Part shown: in pieces, positions 57,717 through 64,000 of the stretch
Numbering within the stretch: the stretch's first letter is position 1
How the letters are laid out: each line of letters opens with the position of its first letter
Source: Dendrobates tinctorius
Lineage: Eukaryota
Reading direction: 5' to 3'
Length of the DNA stretch: 64,000 bases
Assembly (NCBI RefSeq): GCF_039654945.1
Contig: NW_027361869.1
Location: 8,184,001 to 8,248,000, forward strand
Program-made: the position numbers and the translations under genes
The notes under the pieces: generated by a model
Databases searched by the model: none
What the model was told of the DNA's origin: nothing
What the model saw: only the letters and a program-made list of their open reading frames with translations

Positions 57717-57732
57717 GGCTCTGAAAAGAGCC
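57717..57732 (-). terminator. H3 3' stem-loop
   Basis: GGCTCTTTTCAGAGCC on minus strand. Confidence 0.97.
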
Positions 57733-57763
57733 TTTGTGTTGCAGTCAGGTGGGCAGGACAGAT

Positions 57764-58243
<480 letters not shown>

Positions 58244-58645
58244 CTATTCACGCTTCATGAGGACACGTCCCCTGCATTCCATTGGTTATTTTGTAGAATG
58301 TGAGCAGCGAATAGCGTTTGATGTCCGCGACCAATCACTGTACAGAGAAGGCTCAACCTGACTCACAGTTCAGCTATCACCCACTGCTCTGATACACAGG
58401 GTCACATCCAATCTCCAGGCGGCTTCTACAGCGGAAGCTCCGATTCTATATTCCCAGTACCCAGAGCGGTACAGCAGCTCCTCTATAATCAGTCACTGAC
58501 GCTCCAACTCTCACATCGGAGTTATAACCTCACACCACTCTTACTAAGATGTGGGTTACAGGTGGTGATAATTAGGATGATGGAAGTAACGTGATTTCTG
58601 CTGCACATCGGCCCCTTCCCTCCATTACACAGAACTGTCACCTGA

Positions 58646-59042
58646 AGGCACCGATCATACAGCTCTGCGGGGAGGAGGTGGAGGCACTGATCATACAGCT
58701 CTGCGGGGACAGGGTGGTGGCACTGATCATACAGCTCTGCGGGGAGGAGGTGGAGGCACTGATCATACAGCTCTGCGGGGAGGAGGTGGAGGCACTGATC
58801 ATACAGCTCTGTGGGGACAGGGTGGTGGCACTGATCATACAGCTCTACGAGGACAGGGTGGTGGCACTGATCATACAGCTCTGCGGGGAGGAGGTGGAGG
58901 CACTGATCATACAGCTCTGCGGGGAGGAGGTGGAGGCACTGATCATACAGCTCTGCGGGGACAGGGTGGTGGCACTGATCATACAGCTCTACGAGGACAG
59001 GGTGGTGGCACCGATCATACAGCTCTGCGGGGACAGGGTGGT
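58646..59042 (-). repeat. H1-proximal 36-bp HDE minisatellite (~11 copies)
   Basis: Same unit as 1311-1815; 108 bp (3 monomers) shorter. Confidence 0.96.
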
Positions 59043-59058
59043 GGCTCTGAAAAGAGCC
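59043..59058 (-). terminator. H1 3' stem-loop
   Basis: GGCTCTTTTCAGAGCC on minus strand. Confidence 0.97.
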
Positions 59059-59085
59059 TTTGTGTAAAATAACTGGGTCCGCAAC

Positions 59086-59701
59086 TTATTTCTTGGCCGC
59101 GGGCTTCTTGGCTTTCTTAGCCGGACTCTTGGCAGCTTTAGGTTTGGCCGCCTTTTTAGCCGGACTCTTCGTCGCCTTTAGGCTTGGGAGCGGCTTTCGA
59201 CTTCTTGGGGCTCTTGGCCGCTTTCTTGGCAGCTGCGGGCTTCTTGGCCTTTTTCGGGCTCTTCTTGGCCGTGGTCAGAGCCTTCTTGGGCTTCTTCGGA
59301 GATTTGGCGGCTTTCTTAGCAGCAACGGGTTTCTTGGGCTTGGCTGCTGACTTCTTGGCCACTTTAGTCTCCTGCTTCTTGTTGAGTTTGAAGGACCCGG
59401 AGGCGCCGCTGCCCTTCACCTGGAGGAGGGTGCCCTTGGTGACCAGAGACCTGACGGCCAGCTTCAGGCGGCTGTTGTTCTTCTCTACATCGTACCCTCC
59501 GGCAGACAGCGCCTTCTTCAGGGCGGCCAGAGACACCCCACTGCGCTCCTTAGAGGCTGACACGGCTTTCACGATCAGCTCGGCGACGCCAGGACCGGAG
59601 GATTTCTTGCTGCTCTTGGCGGCGGATTTCTTTGGCTGCTTCTTGGACTTGGCAGCCGGTTCTGCGGGAGGGGGAGCGGCGGCTGGCGCGGTCTCTGCCA
59701 T
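59086..59701 (-). pseudogene. H1: Histone H1, second copy, with 2-bp frameshift in the C-terminal tail (181 aa product ending at 59156)
   Basis: GCCTTTAGG at ~59174-59182 versus GCCTTCTTAGG in copy 1; may be a consensus error. Confidence 0.7.
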
Positions 59702-60605
59702 CCTATGCTACGGAGCCAAAACACAAAAATCTCCCGATAGGAAAACACTAAGGCCGGAGCTGGAGGAGTCTGTTATATGTACAGGCTTACTGTGCACTGA
59801 TTGGCTGCTGAGCTACACCGTCCTGAGCATCTATTGGCTGACACTGCATACATGCCCCGCCTCTTCCCAGCTGAGAACGAGTGAAGCTCCGCTCTCCCCT
59901 TGTGCTTCCTTGCCCGGAATAAAAGCCCTTTACCGGCTGACACCGGACAGCAGAGCGCGCTTCCTCCGCCGCTTCTTCTTCGCCATCTTCTCCACCGACC
60001 GTCTGTAGCTGTCACTAGCAGAGACGCCGGGGAAGAGCGGAGAGGAGGTCCCGGGATCATCGCCGTCGTCCTCCAGATCTGCACATCGCTGTGTATCCGG
60101 GAAGATACATCTGCTGGGGGAACTCGTTCCTCCTGTTCCCGGCTCCTGTCACCATCACAGGGATCTTTACTACAATGTCTATCGTACAGGACGCTGATTG
60201 TACGATGTGGGGACGACCTGGAGCTGCTGAGAGCCCAGAAGGGTAACACAGGCGATGGCTCCGCTGACTGCCGCCTCCCTGACCTGTGACCTCCCTGTAC
60301 CCCGTATGTGCGGAGTATTGGGGGTGACAGATGCTCCACATCAGGAGATGATCCACATCGGCGGCTGATTGCAATGACCTGCTAAAATCTGGTCTCACCC
60401 ATTGTGGAGCTGTGACCGCTGAGGCCTGTAATGGTGGAAGAGAACTGATAAGGGGCAGCTTCATAATGCGACTCACTCCCCAACCAGACGCATCTCCGGG
60501 GAGAAAACTGTGAGATATTCCTGGATTTATGTGACCCAACTATTGTGCAAAAGGGGAATATTGGGAGAAAAGAGGAGACACAAAATGCAATTTCTACACA
60601 CAGAG

Positions 60606-63600
60606 CACAGCTGTATAGGGATGAGGTGGTGGCACTGATCATAAAGCTCTGCAGGGATGATGTGGTGGCACTGATGATACAGGTGTGCAGGGACGAGGTG
60701 GTGGCACTGATCATACAGCTCTGCAGGGAGTAGGTGGTGGCATTGATCATACAGCTCTGTGTGGATAAGATGGTGGCACTGATCATGCAGCTCTGCAGGG
60801 ATGAGGTTGTGGCACTGATCATACAGCTCTGCAAGGACCAGGTGGTGGCACTGATCATACAGCTCTGCGGCGACAAGTTGGTGGTACTGATCATACAGCT
60901 CTGCAGAGAGGAGGTGGTGGCACTGATCATACAGCTCTGAAGGGAATGTGTGGTGGCACTGATCATAAAGTTCTGCAGTGACGAGTTGGTAGCACTAATC
61001 ATACTGCTTTTCAGGGAGGAGGTGGTGGCACTGATCATACAGCTCTGCAGGAATGAGGAGGTGGCACTGATCATACAGCTCTGCGGGGACAAGGTGGTGA
61101 CACTGATAATACACCTCTGCGGCGACAAGGTGGTGGCACTGATCATACAGCTCTGCAAGGACCAGGTGGTGGCACTTATCATACAGCTCTGCAGAGAGGA
61201 GGTGGTGGCACTGATCATGCAGCTCTGCTCGGACAATGTGGTGGCACTTATGTTACAGCTTTGCGGGGACAAGGTGGTGGCAGTGATAATACAGCTCTAC
61301 AAGGATGAGGTGGTGGTACTAATCATACAGCTCTGCAGGGAGGAGGTGGTGGCACTGATCATACAGCTCTGCGGGGACGAGATGGTGGCACTGATCATAA
61401 AGCTCTGAGGGGATGACGTGGTGGCACTGATCAAATAGCTCTGCAGGGATTAGGTGGTGGCACTGATCGTACAGCTCTGCAAGGAGTAGGCGGTGGCACT
61501 GATCATACAACTTTGCGGCGACAAGGTGGTGGCACTGATCATACAGGTCTGCAGGTAAAAGGTGGTGGCACTGAACATACAGCTCAGCGCGGACAAGATG
61601 GTAGCACTGATCAGACAGCTCTACATGGAGGAGGTTGTGGCACTGAACATACTGGTTTGCAGGGATGAGGTAGTGGCACTGATCATACAGCTCTGCAGGT
61701 ATGAGGAGGTGACACTGAAGATACAGCTGTGCCTGGATGAGGTGGTTGCACTGATCATACAGCTCTGCAGGGAAAAGTTGGTGACACTGATCATACACCT
61801 CTGCAGCAACAAGGTGGTGGTACTGATCATACAGCTCTGCGGGGACAAGATGGTGGCACTGATCATAAAGCTCTGCAGGGATGATGTGGTGGCACTGATC
61901 ATACAGGTCTGCAGGGATGAGGTGGTAGCACTCATCATACATCTCTGCAGGGACGAGGTGGTGGCACTGGTCAAATAGCTCTGCAGGGATTAGGTGGTGG
62001 CACTGATCTTACAGCTCTGCAAGGAGTAGGCGGTGGCACTGATCATAAAGCTCTGCGGGGACTAGGTGGTGGTACTGATCATACAGCTCTGTGCTGACCA
62101 ACTGATGGCACTGATCATACAGCTTTGCGGTGACAATGTGGTGGCACTGATTATACAGTTCTGCGGCGACAACGTGGTAGTACTGATCATACAGCTCTGC
62201 ATGGAAAGGTGGTGGCACTGCACAAGCAGCTCTGCAGGGAAACGGTGGTGGCACTGAACATACAGCTCAGCGCGGACAAGGTGGTGGCACTGATCAGACA
62301 GCTCTACAGGGAGGAGGTGTTGGCACTGTACATACTTGCTTGCAGGGATGAGGTAGTGGCACTGATCATACACCTCTGCAGGGATGAGGTGATGGCACTG
62401 AAGATACAGCTCTGCAGGGATGAGGTGGTTGCACTGATCATAAGGCTCTGCAGGTACAAGGTTGTGTCACTGATCTTAAAGCTCTGCAGGGATGAGGTGG
62501 TGGCACTGATCATACATAGAATCATAGAATCGTAGAGTTGGAAGGGACCTCCTGGGCCATCTGGTCCAACCCCCTGCTCAAAGCAGGATTCGCTAAATCA
62601 TCCCAGTCAGATGTCTGTCCAGCCTCTGTTTGAAGACTTCCATTGAAGGAGAACTCACCACTTCTCGTGGCAGCCTGTTCCACTCATTGATCACTCTAAC
62701 TGTCAAAAAGTTTTTTCTAATATCTAATCTGTGTCTCCTCCCATTCAGTTTCATCCCATTGCTTCTAGTCTTTCCTTGTGCAAATGAGAATAAAGTTGAT
62801 CCTTCTACAATGTGACAGCCCTTTAGATATTTGTAGACAGCTATTAAGTCTCCTCTCAGTCTTCTCTTTTGCAAACTAAACATTCCCAAATCCTGCAACC
62901 TTTCCTCATAAGACAGGGTTTGCAGACCGGTCACCATTCTGGTCGCTCTTTTCTGAACTTGCTCCAGTTTGTTGATGTCTTTTTTAAAATGTGGTGCCCA
63001 AAACTGGACACAATATTCCAGATGAGGTCTGACCAAAGAGGAGTAGAGGGAAATAATGACTTCACGTGATCTAGACTGTATGCTTCTGTTAATACAGCCT
63101 AGAATTGCATTTGCCTTTTTTGCTGCTGCATCACACTGTTGACTCATATTCAGTCTGTGATCTATTAGTATACCCAAGTCTTTTTCACATGTGCTGTCAC
63201 TTAGCCCTATTCCTCCCATTCTATATATGCTTTTTCCATTTTTATTGCCCAGATGTAGTACTTTGCATTTCTCCCTGTTAAAAACCATTCTGTTAGTTGC
63301 TGCCCACTTCTCCAGTTTATTTAAATCTTTTTGAATCCTCTCTCTCTCTTCTCTAGTATTAGCTATCCCTCCTAGCTTTGTGTCATCAGCAAATTTAATC
63401 AGTTTACCCTCAATTCCTTCATCTAAATCGTTGATAAAGATGTTGAACAATACAGGGCCCAGGACAGAGCCCTGTGGTACCCCACTTGAGACATTCTTCC
63501 AACTGGATGTGCAGCCATTTACGACCACTCTTTGGGTCCGATCACTAAGCCAGTTATGAATCCACCTAACAGTTGCCTTGTCCATTCCATACTTAATCAT

Positions 63601-64000
63601 TTTTTCAATAAGGATTGTATGAGAGACTTTGTCAAATGCTTTGCTGAAGTCAAGATATACTATATCTACAGCATTTCCTTGATCCACCCAATCAGTGATA
63701 CCGTCATAGAAGGAAATTAGAAGGAAATTAAGTTCTGCGGGGATCAGGTGGTGGCACTGATCATACAGCTCTGTGTGGATAAGATGGTGGCAATGATAAT
63801 ACAGCTCTGCAGGGAGGAGTTGGTGGCACTGATCATACAGCTCTGCAAGGATGAGGTGTTGGAACTGATCATACAGCTTTGCGGGGACAATGTGGTTGCA
63901 CTGATTATAAATCTCTTTAGCGATAAGTTGGAGGCACTGATCATGCGGTTCTGCAAGGATGAGGTTGTGGCACTGATCATACAGCTGTGCGGGGACAAGG
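60606..64000 (-). repeat. Start of the next large 36-bp satellite array
   Basis: Collinear with 3381-~5630 apart from monomer indels and the CR1 insertion. Confidence 0.97.
62517..63730 (-). mobile_element. Young 5'-truncated CR1 LINE with uninterrupted RT C-terminal ORF (62593-63687)
   Basis: [32 protein letters not shown] motifs; (GATTCTAT)-type tail at 62517-62535; absent at the paralogous site ~5363. Confidence 0.96.

Overview
Vertebrate replication-dependent histone gene repeat, probably from a frog (inferred from histone and transposon character). The window holds one full ~57.3 kb period: position 1 recurs at 57336. The quintet is H2A(-), H2B(+), H4(+), H3(-), H1(-), each gene ending in a canonical 3' stem-loop plus histone downstream element (HDE). 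Consecutive quintets are separated by ~47 kb (3381-50185) of a 36-bp satellite, roughly 900 monomers by length. The main observation is that this monomer is the H1 3'-processing signal itself: 3' arm of the stem-loop, ACCA cleavage site and U7-binding HDE (AGAGCTGTA). It is amplified in register directly behind the H1 stem-loop and throughout the spacer, always sense to H1/H2A/H3 read-through. Embedded in the satellite are four relics of deleted histone clusters (array-edge sequence fused to the H3 3' end) and three Penelope-like inserts with a minimal hammerhead motif. It also carries a Tf1/sushi-type chromodomain Gypsy element plus a solo LTR at the same duplicated site, a 3.7 kb L2 with a 2A-like motif, four short L2 RT fragments and a young CR1. 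The hundreds of [15 protein letters not shown] ORFs are artefacts of the 36-bp period.
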